From an uncultured virus (IMG/VR IMGVR_UViG_3300036761_000818) (lineage: Duplodnaviria; Heunggongvirae; Uroviricota; Caudoviricetes): DNA of 27,641 nucleotides. Below, piece by piece: positions 1 to 7,326 of this stretch. The notes under the pieces are model-generated. The model was not told the DNA's origin and did no database searches. It saw only the letters and a program-made list of their open reading frames with translations. How positions within the stretch are numbered: the stretch's first letter is position 1; every line of letters begins with the position of its first letter. The stretch lies in the IMG/VR virus record IMGVR_UViG_3300036761_000818. One strand, 5' to 3'. Made by a program: the position numbers and the translations under genes.

Positions 1-2
1 GG

Positions 3-1196
3 AAGACGTTCGTCCTGAACTACTGGCTCAACGGGCTTCCTCCCGAGGTACGCCGTCGCGTCGCCGTGACGGCCTCGACCGGCATCGCCGCGCTCCACAT
101 CGGAGGGCAGACGATCCACTCGTGGACGGGGTACGGGATCGGCGCGCAGAAGGTCGGAGAGCTTGTCACCGAGCCTCGTTGGAACGACTACGCGGCGCCG
201 AGGATTCAGGAGGCCGAAAAGCTCGTGATCGACGAGATTTCGATGATCTCGGCGCGAACGCTCAACGCCTTCGACCTCCTCTGCCGTCACGCTCGGCTCT
301 GCGACGATTCGTTCGGAGGATTGCAGGTCATCGTCATCGGCGACCTCGGCCAGCTTCCTCCCGTGAGCAGGGGCGATGGGCCTCCAGAAGCGTTCGCGTT
401 CCGCGCTGCGGCGTGGCGGGAGGGGCGCTTCAAGGTCTTCGAGCTTCGTGAGGTCCGTCGGCAGAGCGATCGGGCGTTCGTCGATGCGCTCATGGAGGCG
501 CGCGAGGGAAAGCTCGGTGACGCGAGCTTCAAGCTCTTCAACGGGCGCGTGAAGGCGTACGACCCAGACGCGGCGCCCGCTGCCGTCCGCGTCATGACGC
601 ACAACGCGCAGGTGGACAGCATCAATCAGGCGAAGCTCGTCGCGCTCCCTGGCAAGCCTCGCGAGTTCGAGGCTCGCGAGTTCGGGAATCCTAAGCTACT
701 CGCCAAGATCGACAAGGATTGCCTCTCGCCGCGCATCCTCTCGCTCAAGCCCGGCGCTCGCGTCATGTTCACTCGGAACGATCCGGCCGGGCGGTTCTGC
801 AACGGGACGCTCGGGACGGTCAATGGCTACAGAGATGAGGACGATCTCGGGTTTGCGAAGGAGACGATTACCGTCACGACGGATGCTGGCGTCGCGATCA
901 GCACCGAGCGCTGCGCGTGGGAGATCAAGCAGGGCGACAGCGTGATCGCGTCGAGGCGTCAGTATCCGCTCCGGCTCGCGTGGGGGATCACCGTCCACAA
1001 GAGCCAAGGGATGTCGATCGAGCGTGTGAGCATCAACCTGGAGCGGGTCTTCGAGGACGGGCAGGGCTACGTCGCCGTGTCGAGGGCGCGTACGCTCGAA
1101 GGACTCAACATCGAAGCGTGGCGTGGGCGCCAGACGTTCACGGCGCACCCAGAGATCAAGGTCTTCAAGGAGCGGTTCCAGAAGGAGAGCGCGTGA
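3..1196 (+). CDS. Pif1/RecD-like SF1B DNA helicase (5'-truncated by window edge)
   Basis: Frame is open from base 3 (KTFVLN..., end of Walker A). Contains TASTGIAA, GQTIHSW, IDEISM, FGGLQVIVIGDLGQLPPV, RRQSD, QYPLRLAWGITVHKSQGMS and GQGYVAVSR, all canonical Pif1 motifs. Confidence 0.95.
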   Translation, partial: KTFVLNYWLNGLPPEVRRRVAVTASTGIAALHIGGQTIHSWTGYGIGAQKVGELVTEPRWNDYAAPRIQEAEKLVIDEISMISARTLNAFDLLCRHARLCDDSFGGLQVIVIGDLGQLPPVSRGDGPPEAFAFRAAAWREGRFKVFELREVRRQSDRAFVDALMEAREGKLGDASFKLFNGRVKAYDPDAAPAAVRVMTHNAQVDSINQAKLVALPGKPREFEAREFGNPKLLAKIDKDCLSPRILSLKPGARVMFTRNDPAGRFCNGTLGTVNGYRDEDDLGFAKETITVTTDAGVAISTERCAWEIKQGDSVIASRRQYPLRLAWGITVHKSQGMSIERVSINLERVFEDGQGYVAVSRARTLEGLNIEAWRGRQTFTAHPEIKVFKERFQKESA

Positions 1197-1336
1197 AGGA
1201 GGCTCTATCGCAAGCGAAGCTCAAGGCCGCGCGCAAGCGCATCGCCGAGCTTGAGCAGAAGGTCGCCGATCTCGAAGACCTCCTGGAGAAGTACCAGTTG
1301 GACCTCAACACCGAGAGGTCGAGGAACGATTCATGA
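1193..1336 (+). CDS. small coiled-coil hypothetical protein (47 aa)
   Basis: GTGA overlap with the helicase stop and ATGA overlap with the next gene; heptad-like KRIAELEQKVADLEDLLEKY. Confidence 0.65.
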   Translation: MKEALSQAKLKAARKRIAELEQKVADLEDLLEKYQLDLNTERSRNDS

Positions 1337-1549
1337 GCGAGGCCGACCAGTTCAATCGCGCCGAGGGCTACCGCGAGACGCTGCGCGAGATCGAGATGGC
1401 GCTCGGGCTCTGGCAGCACGAGGGGAACGAGTTCGGGTTCGCCAACATCCCGAAGTGGATCAAGGCCAACTTCAAGGAGGACCAAAGACCTCCTGGAGAA
1501 GTACCAGTTGGACCTCAACACCGAGAGGTCGAGGAACGATTCATGAGCG
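1275..1549 (+). repeat. perfect 65-bp direct repeat (1275-1339 and 1485-1549)
   Basis: AAGACCTCCTGGAGAAG...GAGGAACGATTCATGAGCG is identical in both copies, 210 bp apart. Confidence 0.95.
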
Positions 1550-1872
1550 CCGCCGAGCAAGCCCCGCATCGCTTCGACCCGTTGCTGGCCCATGGGCTCC
1601 TTCAGCTTTTCGGGCCGTTCCGGGCCGTCGCCATGATCGCGAACCATCTCGGTGAGGGATCGACCGGCGTCGTCCTCTGGTTCTACGACCCGCGGAACCG
1701 CGTCTTCTCGCCTCGCTTCAGCCCCCACGCGACGACGGCCGAGGGCATCGCCGCTGCGGTCATCCGGCTTCTCGACAAGCAGGACGTGACGGCAGAGCTA
1801 CGCGAGACTCTGAAGCTCGTCGAGACGTGGGTCCAGGAGGCGAAGGAGAGGAAGGAGGGGAAGAAGGCGTGA
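1333..1872 (+). CDS. hypothetical protein; in-frame second start at 1543 (MSAAEQ) within repeat copy 2
   Basis: ATGA overlap upstream and GTGA overlap with the recombinase; GAGG RBS before both ATGs. Confidence 0.6.
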   Translation: MSEADQFNRAEGYRETLREIEMALGLWQHEGNEFGFANIPKWIKANFKEDQRPPGEVPVGPQHREVEERFMSAAEQAPHRFDPLLAHGLLQLFGPFRAVAMIANHLGEGSTGVVLWFYDPRNRVFSPRFSPHATTAEGIAAAVIRLLDKQDVTAELRETLKLVETWVQEAKERKEGKKA

Positions 1873-2585
1873 TCGTCGCGTACATCCGCGTCAGCACCGA
1901 GGAACAGGCGAAGAGCGGCCTCGGCCTCGACGATCAACAGAAGACCGTTGGCGAGACGGCCGCGAGGATCGGCATCGCCGTGCGCGCAACCGTGATCGAT
2001 GACGGCGAGACGGCAGGGAAGGACGTGAACAGGCGTCCGAAGCTCCAGGAGGCGATCGGGCTTCTCAAGAAGGGCGACATCCTTCTGGCCGTGAAGCGCG
2101 ACCGGCTCTCGCGCGGCGATCCCGTCGCCATGTCGATGATCGAGCGCCAAGTCGCGAGGAAGAAGGCGCGGGTCATGTCGGCCGCTGGCGAGGGAACGGA
2201 GCGCCAGACCTCGGGGGCCGTCTTCGAGCGGCGGATGCACGACGCCTTCGCCGAACACGAGCTTGGTGTGATCGGCGAACGAACGAGCGCGGCCCTCCAA
2301 GCGAAGCGTCGGAGGGGAGAGCTTGCGGGAGCCGCCCCCTACGGCTGGAGGTCCGAAGTGGACCTTGCCATGAAGCCGACGAAGCGAGGGCGCCCCGGGC
2401 AGAGGCTCGTCCCGATCGAGAACGAGCAGAAGGCGCTCGTCATCATGAAGGAGTGCCGCGCGCAAGGCTTCAGCCTACGCGACGTGGCGCGAGAACTCGC
2501 GCGCCATGGATTCCAACCCAAAGGGAAGAAATGGCACGCGGAAACTATCCGCGTGATCCTCGGGGAAGACCGAAAGCCGTGTTAG
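1869..2585 (+). CDS. serine recombinase (resolvase catalytic domain plus short recombinase/HTH C-terminus), 238 aa
   Basis: GTG start overlapping the upstream stop; YIRVSTEEQ catalytic Ser motif, RPKLQEAI, KRDRLSR, APYGW, and C-terminal SLRDVARELARHG...KWHAETIRVIL. Confidence 0.92.
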   Translation: MIVAYIRVSTEEQAKSGLGLDDQQKTVGETAARIGIAVRATVIDDGETAGKDVNRRPKLQEAIGLLKKGDILLAVKRDRLSRGDPVAMSMIERQVARKKARVMSAAGEGTERQTSGAVFERRMHDAFAEHELGVIGERTSAALQAKRRRGELAGAAPYGWRSEVDLAMKPTKRGRPGQRLVPIENEQKALVIMKECRAQGFSLRDVARELARHGFQPKGKKWHAETIRVILGEDRKPC

Positions 2586-2594
2586 GGTCGCCCC

Positions 2595-2682
2595 GTGTCA
2601 ACCGATGGGCAGAGGTTGACACTGCAAGTCCTTACATAGCAAGGGCTTACGTTTGAAGCCTTGCGCCGCAAGGACTTACGTC
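2595..2682. promoter_or_regulatory. cluster of palindromic sites downstream of the recombinase (possible res/att or operator site)
   Basis: GTGTCAACC-N10-GGTTGACAC (2595-2622), then two imperfect palindromes: GCAAGTCCTT-N7-AAGGGCTTAC and AAGCCTT-N7-AAGGACTTACG. Confidence 0.55.
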
Positions 2683-2708
2683 AACAGGCGCCCCTCGGGG
2701 CCAGGAGG

Positions 2709-3185
2709 ATGATGATGAAGAGGGTCGAGGTGTCGAATCTGAAGAAGGATGCGGACCCGCAGCTTGACATCCCGCTCGGGGTCATCGCTTTCGAGAAGCG
2801 GCTCGCCGCTTTCGAGAAGCGGCTCGCTGCGCGCGATGCTGCCGAGCACTCGCTGCTCGACGCCTTCGAGAAGCGGCTCGCCGCGCGCGATGCTGCTGCA
2901 CACGGGCAATTCGCGGAGGATGGGGAGAGGCTTCGCTCGGCCATCAGTAAGATCGACGTGGACGCGCTCAAGACGGCGATACGTTCCGCGGTGAGCGACA
3001 TCAGACATAGCGTTGGAGAGTCCGAAGGGTCTGGCTGCGTTCATCTCCTCCGCGGGCTCATGACGAGCATCTCAGATGTCAAGGAGGGGCAGATGGCGAT
3101 CATCAAGGCCATCGAGTCGAACACCGCGGAGCGGCTCGCCGTGCTGGAGGGAGTCCTCGGGCTCCGAAAGGGCGACAAGGCGTGA
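2709..3185 (+). CDS. coiled-coil hypothetical protein with AFEKRLAA x3 repeats
   Basis: AGGAGG at 2703-2708 precedes ATG ATG ATG (true start 2709-2715); 21-bp repeat units at 2786, 2807 and 2861; GTGA overlap downstream. Confidence 0.75.
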   Translation: MMMKRVEVSNLKKDADPQLDIPLGVIAFEKRLAAFEKRLAARDAAEHSLLDAFEKRLAARDAAAHGQFAEDGERLRSAISKIDVDALKTAIRSAVSDIRHSVGESEGSGCVHLLRGLMTSISDVKEGQMAIIKAIESNTAERLAVLEGVLGLRKGDKA

Positions 3186-3463
3186 CCCAAGGGGTAGAGC
3201 GCTTCGACGCCGAGGCGTTCGGCGTCGAAGCATCGCGATTCATGAGGGAAGCCGAGACAATTCTCGGGGCGATCTCGACCGTCGAGATCGTCGCCGACGC
3301 TCTCAAGCGGGCGTACAACGAAGGACGCGACTCCGAGCGCGTGAGCGGGGAGGTTCGACTCGCGGACGCCGTTGCGATGGAGCGCTCCGAGTGCCTCAAG
3401 CTCTGCGTTTCGTCGCGCACGAAGCTCATCGCGGCCTCCAGGATCAAGGCAAGGGGGAAGTGA
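3182..3463 (+). CDS. hypothetical protein (93 aa)
   Basis: Translationally coupled at both ends (GTGA and TGATG overlaps). Confidence 0.7.
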   Translation: MTQGVERFDAEAFGVEASRFMREAETILGAISTVEIVADALKRAYNEGRDSERVSGEVRLADAVAMERSECLKLCVSSRTKLIAASRIKARGK

Positions 3464-3984
3464 TGCAGGGAGCAGGTAGCGCACAGGGCGTCCAGGGAGC
3501 CCTCGAAGAAGCCCAGGTCGCCATCAAGGCGATCAAGCGGGCGCTCTCGATGGCCGAGGCGTGCTTCAAGGAGATCAGGCCGGAAGTCCTTCGGAAGCAC
3601 CCCTGGCTCTTCGAGTACACGACGCCGATCGAGGAAGCGCAGCACGCGCTCCGATCGCTCAAGCTCGCGATCGACAAGGGGCTCAACGCTGGACGCGCCG
3701 GAGGGCGCGAGCCTGGAAGCTCCGTCCCGCTATCGACGCGCTGTGCCGTCTGCGGCGATCCGCAGTTCGAGACGCCGGGCGGCGTCACATGTAAGAACGG
3801 ACATGGAGGCGCCGACCCGATTCGATGTCCAGACGTGAAGCCCGGCGAACTCGATTGCGGACGCGAGAGTTGCGACAAGTGCTACGAGGCGTTCAAGTAC
3901 AGGAACCGCAGCGCGGATGTCGAGCGGATCGTGAACAAGGAGCACCGCGAGCAGGGGCGCCGGATCACCCCGAAGCATTTCTGA
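3463..3984 (+). CDS. hypothetical protein with Zn-ribbon motifs
   Basis: ATG at 3463 overlaps the upstream TGA; CAVC...CKNGH and CGRESCDKC. Confidence 0.7.
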   Translation: MQGAGSAQGVQGALEEAQVAIKAIKRALSMAEACFKEIRPEVLRKHPWLFEYTTPIEEAQHALRSLKLAIDKGLNAGRAGGREPGSSVPLSTRCAVCGDPQFETPGGVTCKNGHGGADPIRCPDVKPGELDCGRESCDKCYEAFKYRNRSADVERIVNKEHREQGRRITPKHF

Positions 3985-4237
3985 TTGATATGCTGTTTGG
4001 CTTCGCGTCCTTCCGCTCCTCGCCCGGCCAGCCGCAGAAGCACGGGATCGGAGCGCTCGGCAAGGTGAAGCTGTGACCGTTCGAGCATTCGTAGCTCGTG
4101 ACGGTGCTGCTCCCGTCATGATGGTGGAGGTTTCCGTCCTCGTCGTAGAACGGCGGGTAGTACGTCGCCGTCGTGTACGATGGCCCGGGGTAGAGCTTGC
4201 TCTTCAGGTCGAGCTTCTTACATTCCTGACAGATCAT
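3965..4237 (-). CDS. small Cys/His-rich (Zn-binding) phage-type protein
   Basis: GGAGG RBS then MICQECKK...HHHD...CSNGH...CFC; converges on the + strand module. Confidence 0.7.
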   Translation of the reverse strand: MICQECKKLDLKSKLYPGPSYTTATYYPPFYDEDGNLHHHDGSSTVTSYECSNGHSFTLPSAPIPCFCGWPGEERKDAKPNSISIRNASG

Positions 4238-4255
4238 GTGGACCTCCGTGGAGGT

Positions 4256-4468
4256 CGGGTCGTGGAGAGGACTCTGGTTGGCGAAAGAGAGATCGAGCAT
4301 ACAGCGCCCGCCAGTCGGCAGTTACAAGCACTTTGACCCCGCACCGTGTTGGCAAAGATTATGCCGTCATGCGCGTGAGACAGCGAAGAAGCGCCGTGGT
4401 CGGGTCGTCGTCACCAACTTTCGTCGGTGTGCATCAGGTACGCCTCCCTCATCCTCCCCACGAACCCG
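4256..4468 (-). ncRNA. putative structured ncRNA (~213 nt)
   Basis: Minus-strand 5' CGGGUUCGUGGGGAGGAU pairs with 3' GUCCUCUCCACGACCCG. Nested stems GAGGGAG/CUCUCUU and GCGUAC/GUAUGC, plus hairpin CACCGAC-GAAA-GUUGGUG. Mismatches within these stems are G-U on this strand. Confidence 0.7.
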
Positions 4469-4473
4469 GTGAA

Positions 4474-5001
4474 CTACGAGACGAACTTCCTCACGTACTC
4501 GGATGCCGATTCCGAGATGTCGATCTCGACGGGCGTCGCGTTCGCCGTCGCGATGGCGGCGCGGAGCGCCGCAAGCTGCGACGCCTTCGTGTTCGCGATG
4601 TCGAGCGCGGCGCGCCGGTCGATCTGCGGCGCGGCGACGATCGAGTCCTTGTCGCGCGTGTGCTCGTAGTAGCCGCCGCCGTAGCGCTCATGCGACGGCG
4701 CAGCGGCCTCTCGCCAGAGCTTCGCGTTGCGCCCGCGGGGGCCGACGAGCTTCACGGCGCGGATCAGCGGCATCTCGCCCGCCCGCACCTTCAAGTTGTA
4801 CGTGGCCTGTGCCGTCTCGATCTCGGAGATAAGATCGTCGAGGCCGACGATCTCCTCGTCGAGCGACTTCGGCGACGGCTTCTCTTCGCCGGGGAACGCC
4901 ATCACCGAGTCCTTGAACATGCGGCTCACGGCGTCGAGCCGGAGCCGCGCCTCTGTGAGCGCGGCGCGTAGAGCGTACCCGTTGACCTTGACGACGACCA
5001 T
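4474..5001 (-). CDS. DIP1984/septicolysin-like (DUF6847-like) helical protein
   Basis: AAGGAGG RBS. Pattern ALRAAL...FPGEEKPSP..L..EI...I...Q..YN...LIRAV...ID...LRAAIATANAT resembles the DIP1984 family layout as I recall it (by eye). Confidence 0.55.
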   Translation of the reverse strand: MVVVKVNGYALRAALTEARLRLDAVSRMFKDSVMAFPGEEKPSPKSLDEEIVGLDDLISEIETAQATYNLKVRAGEMPLIRAVKLVGPRGRNAKLWREAAAPSHERYGGGYYEHTRDKDSIVAAPQIDRRAALDIANTKASQLAALRAAIATANATPVEIDISESASEYVRKFVS

Positions 5002-5031
5002 GGACGATCCTCCTTGCTGCGGTTATCTACG

Positions 5032-5060
5032 AGAATAACCGCAAGGGAATCGGCTGTCAA
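5032..5060 (-). promoter_or_regulatory. sigma70-type promoter for the 5001 gene
   Basis: TTGACA (5060-5055), 17-bp spacer, TATTCT (5037-5032); overlapped by inverted repeat TGCGGTTAT-N8-ATAACCGCA (5018-5043). Confidence 0.8.
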
Positions 5061-5186
5061 GAAGAACCCGTGATAGGTGTGCTCGTGGATCAGGCGGGAT
5101 GGACTTACGTCGTTGAGGTGAGGGGCGAATCATGCTTCACCCCCTTCCCCCCTAATCAGTTGAGATCGGCCCACAGCAAGGGATTC

Positions 5187-5205
5187 AGATATTTGACAAA
5201 TATCT
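5187..5205. promoter_or_regulatory. AT-rich perfect palindrome, putative protein-binding site
   Basis: AGATATTTG-A-CAAATATCT in an intergenic region, bracketed by GGACTTACG (5101-5109) and CGTAAGTCC (5226-5234). Confidence 0.55.
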
Positions 5206-5234
5206 TTTCAAGTCCTCGGATTGTTCGTAAGTCC

Positions 5235-5549
5235 CTATGTGTGCTCGCCTGTTTTCAGCCGTTCGTTGGCAAGATAATTCCGGCCGTTGTAGTACATCGT
5301 CGCGACGGCTATGGCCGTCAGTGAGAGGCGATCGACCGTCGTGAGGGGCTTCTCTTTCCACGCGAGATAGATGAGGAACGGAGCGAGGTAGAGCACGTCC
5401 CACGCGCGAGTCCGCTGCGACTTCTGGATTTCGCCGCTGTGGGTGTCGATCTCCTGTAGTGCGGCGCCTGTCGATACGACGCCCATCTCGTCGCCAGCTT
5501 GGCCGAGCCCCGAGAGCCCGAGAGCCTGATGGACCGTCGGCAACCTCAT
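5235..5549 (-). CDS. small two-TM membrane protein (possibly virion membrane)
   Basis: TGATG coupling; N-terminal LGLSGLGQ; KSQRTRAWDVLYLAPFLIY...ATMYYNGRNY with two hydrophobic helices. Confidence 0.75.
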   Translation of the reverse strand: MRLPTVHQALGLSGLGQAGDEMGVVSTGAALQEIDTHSGEIQKSQRTRAWDVLYLAPFLIYLAWKEKPLTTVDRLSLTAIAVATMYYNGRNYLANERLKTGEHT

Positions 5550-5803
5550 CAGTTCCTCACGAAGACCGGGGTGCGTGCGCCCACCCACGAGCCGAGCGTG
5601 TTGAACTCGAAGAACTCCTCTGCCTCCTCGCGGGGCATGTCCTCCATGAAGACCCCGATCACCTTTTCGTAGTCGTAGACCACGAACGATGGCCGTCCGG
5701 GCGACGGCATCGTAGCTCCGATGATCGCCACGTCGAGGGTGGATGGATCGAGGAACATGAGTTCCTCGTCGTCAGCTTCGCCAACAAGCTCTTCGCGGGT
5801 CAC
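5549..5803 (-). CDS. phage-type hypothetical protein
   Basis: GGAGG plus GTG; D.AIIG...VVYD..K.I...EEA.EFF.FN..G..VG..TP.F pattern, which I recall from small phage proteins. Confidence 0.75.
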   Translation of the reverse strand: MTREELVGEADDEELMFLDPSTLDVAIIGATMPSPGRPSFVVYDYEKVIGVFMEDMPREEAEEFFEFNTLGSWVGARTPVFVRN

Positions 5804-5994
5804 TATCGCCTCCCTTGCTGCTGCATCTGCTCGTGCCAGCACGTCGGGCCGCAGACGTGCCCGTGCAGCGCCTCGATCGGGTCGGCTCCGTTCATGACGA
5901 GCTTGAGCCAGTCGCCGATCGCCTGGAAGAACGTCTTGCCGCTCGGCGGCGGTCCATGCTGCTGCTGCGTCCTACGGCGTCGCTGTCGGGCCAT
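5803..5994 (-). CDS. small basic hypothetical protein (HVCGPTCWH)
   Basis: Fills the gap between its neighbours, with overlaps at both ends. Confidence 0.55.
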   Translation of the reverse strand: MARQRRRRTQQQHGPPPSGKTFFQAIGDWLKLVMNGADPIEALHGHVCGPTCWHEQMQQQGRR

Positions 5995-6400
5995 CGTTCA
6001 AGTCCTCCGGGGTCAGGATGCGCATCTCGGGCTTCGTGTGCGGCTTCGCCTCCGCGCCTCCGTGGATCGCCTCCTCGACGATCGGCGCGACTACGCCCTG
6101 CGCATTCGCGTCGTCCACTGCGGCTCGGAGCACGTCCTTCGACTTCTTGTAGAGCGCCGGGTGCGCTGTCTTGAGCGGCTCCAGCGCGGCCTCCGAGCCC
6201 TTGACGACAGCCGTGAGCCCGTTCTCGAACTCTGCGGCTTGCGTTTTCCAGAGCTTCATCTGCGCGTAGAGCTTCGCCGCGGCGACGGCAAGCCCGCCGA
6301 GCGCAAGCGTGAGCGCGCCGATCGCCGCAACGATCGCGTTGATGTACTCGACGGCCGCGCCTCCAGACGGAGCGGCAGCGATGACGGTCACAAGGTCCAC
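5972..6400 (-). CDS. membrane protein, N-terminal TM (holin-like)
   Basis: AGGAG RBS; hydrophobic INAIVAAIGALTLALGGLAVAAA followed by amphipathic helices. Confidence 0.65.
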   Translation of the reverse strand: MDLVTVIAAAPSGGAAVEYINAIVAAIGALTLALGGLAVAAAKLYAQMKLWKTQAAEFENGLTAVVKGSEAALEPLKTAHPALYKKSKDVLRAAVDDANAQGVVAPIVEEAIHGGAEAKPHTKPEMRILTPEDLNDGPTATP

Positions 6401-6409
6401 GTTGATCTC

Positions 6410-6745
6410 CTACTTGGGCTCCGGTGGCGCAGCCGAAAGCTCCAGCTTCGCAGCCGTCCCTACGACCTCGAAGTCGATCGACGCCGAGAGCGCGCCCGCC
6501 TTCGCCGTGACCGTCGCCTTCCCCGCGCCGGTCGGGAAGACCTCGGCGACGAGATGCCCTTCGTCGTTCGTCTCGACCTCGACGACCTTCGGGTCGCTCG
6601 TCGCCCACTCTGGCGCGTTCGGCGGCGGTACGGGGGCTCCAGCCGCGTCGAGGAAACGCGCCGTCACCACGGTCTTCTGCATGTCATTCATCGAGGGCAT
6701 GTTCGATCCTTTCATAGCTATGAGGACCACGAGGCCGAGTCTCAC
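6410..6745 (-). CDS. Ig-like (Big_2-type) domain protein; alternative start at 6700
   Basis: PEWATSDPKVVEV...GAGKATVTAKAG pattern typical of Big_2; GTGA overlap at 6745. Confidence 0.7.
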   Translation of the reverse strand: MRLGLVVLIAMKGSNMPSMNDMQKTVVTARFLDAAGAPVPPPNAPEWATSDPKVVEVETNDEGHLVAEVFPTGAGKATVTAKAGALSASIDFEVVGTAAKLELSAAPPEPK

Positions 6746-7326
6746 CCCTCGACCCTCTTCCACTTGAAGCCGTGCGCCTTCGCCCATGAGGCCCCTCCCT
6801 TCGCCGTGTACTGCGCCTTCGGGAAGAGGATTGACCAGACCTTCATGGACGCCTTCCCGCAGCGGTAGACGCGGGCGAGGATACCAGATTTCCCGAACGC
6901 GATCGTCCTGACGACGCGCGACGGGCAGCGGGCGGGGCCACCGATGACGACGTGCCAGAACGCGGCCTTGCTCGGGTTCGTCTCGACCTTGCGCTCGCAC
7001 CCTCCGGGGGAGGCGGCTCCCGTCACCTGTGCGTCGGTGATTGTGCGCTCGGAGCCGGTCGCCGTGAGGACGCGGTAGCCGTCGGAGAGCTTCTGCATGA
7101 CGACGCCCTGACCGCCCTGGAACGAGAGCACCGTCCCGACGGGAAGGTGGTGGTTCGGTCGAGCGCGTTTCGGGTTCTTGCTCGTGGCGAACTTGATGGC
7201 CGCTTCCTTCGACGGGAACGGACCGAACGCTGCGTCCCACGTCTTCCGGCGGATCGGCGCGGCGACCTTCGCGACCTCGACCTGTGGCGTCTTCTTGAGA
7301 GCGCCGACGAACCATTCCTTGCTCAT
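6742..7326 (-). CDS. basic NP-segmented protein with C-terminal 'WHVV...FPKA...GF.W.RVEG' module
   Basis: ATGA coupling; KNP and TNP motifs; C-terminus aligns with the C-terminus of the SNF2 protein. Confidence 0.8.
   Translation of the reverse strand: MSKEWFVGALKKTPQVEVAKVAAPIRRKTWDAAFGPFPSKEAAIKFATSKNPKRARPNHHLPVGTVLSFQGGQGVVMQKLSDGYRVLTATGSERTITDAQVTGAASPGGCERKVETNPSKAAFWHVVIGGPARCPSRVVRTIAFGKSGILARVYRCGKASMKVWSILFPKAQYTAKGGASWAKAHGFKWKRVEG

Noticed and set aside
1275..1549. CRISPR-like repeat-spacer
   Set aside because: Only two copies, a 65-bp repeat with a 145-bp spacer, lying in coding sequence, with no cas genes.
1869..2585. IS607-type transposon
   Set aside because: No N-terminal HTH and no adjacent tnpB; the gene is translationally coupled within the operon.
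2616..2645. TTGACA as a promoter -35
   Set aside because: No acceptable -10 at 16-18 bp spacing; better explained as a palindrome arm.
4405..4440. CUGAUG...GAAA resembling a hammerhead ribozyme core (minus strand)
   Set aside because: The sequence is CUGAUGC rather than CUGAUGA, and the GAAA is the loop of a hairpin rather than following stem II.
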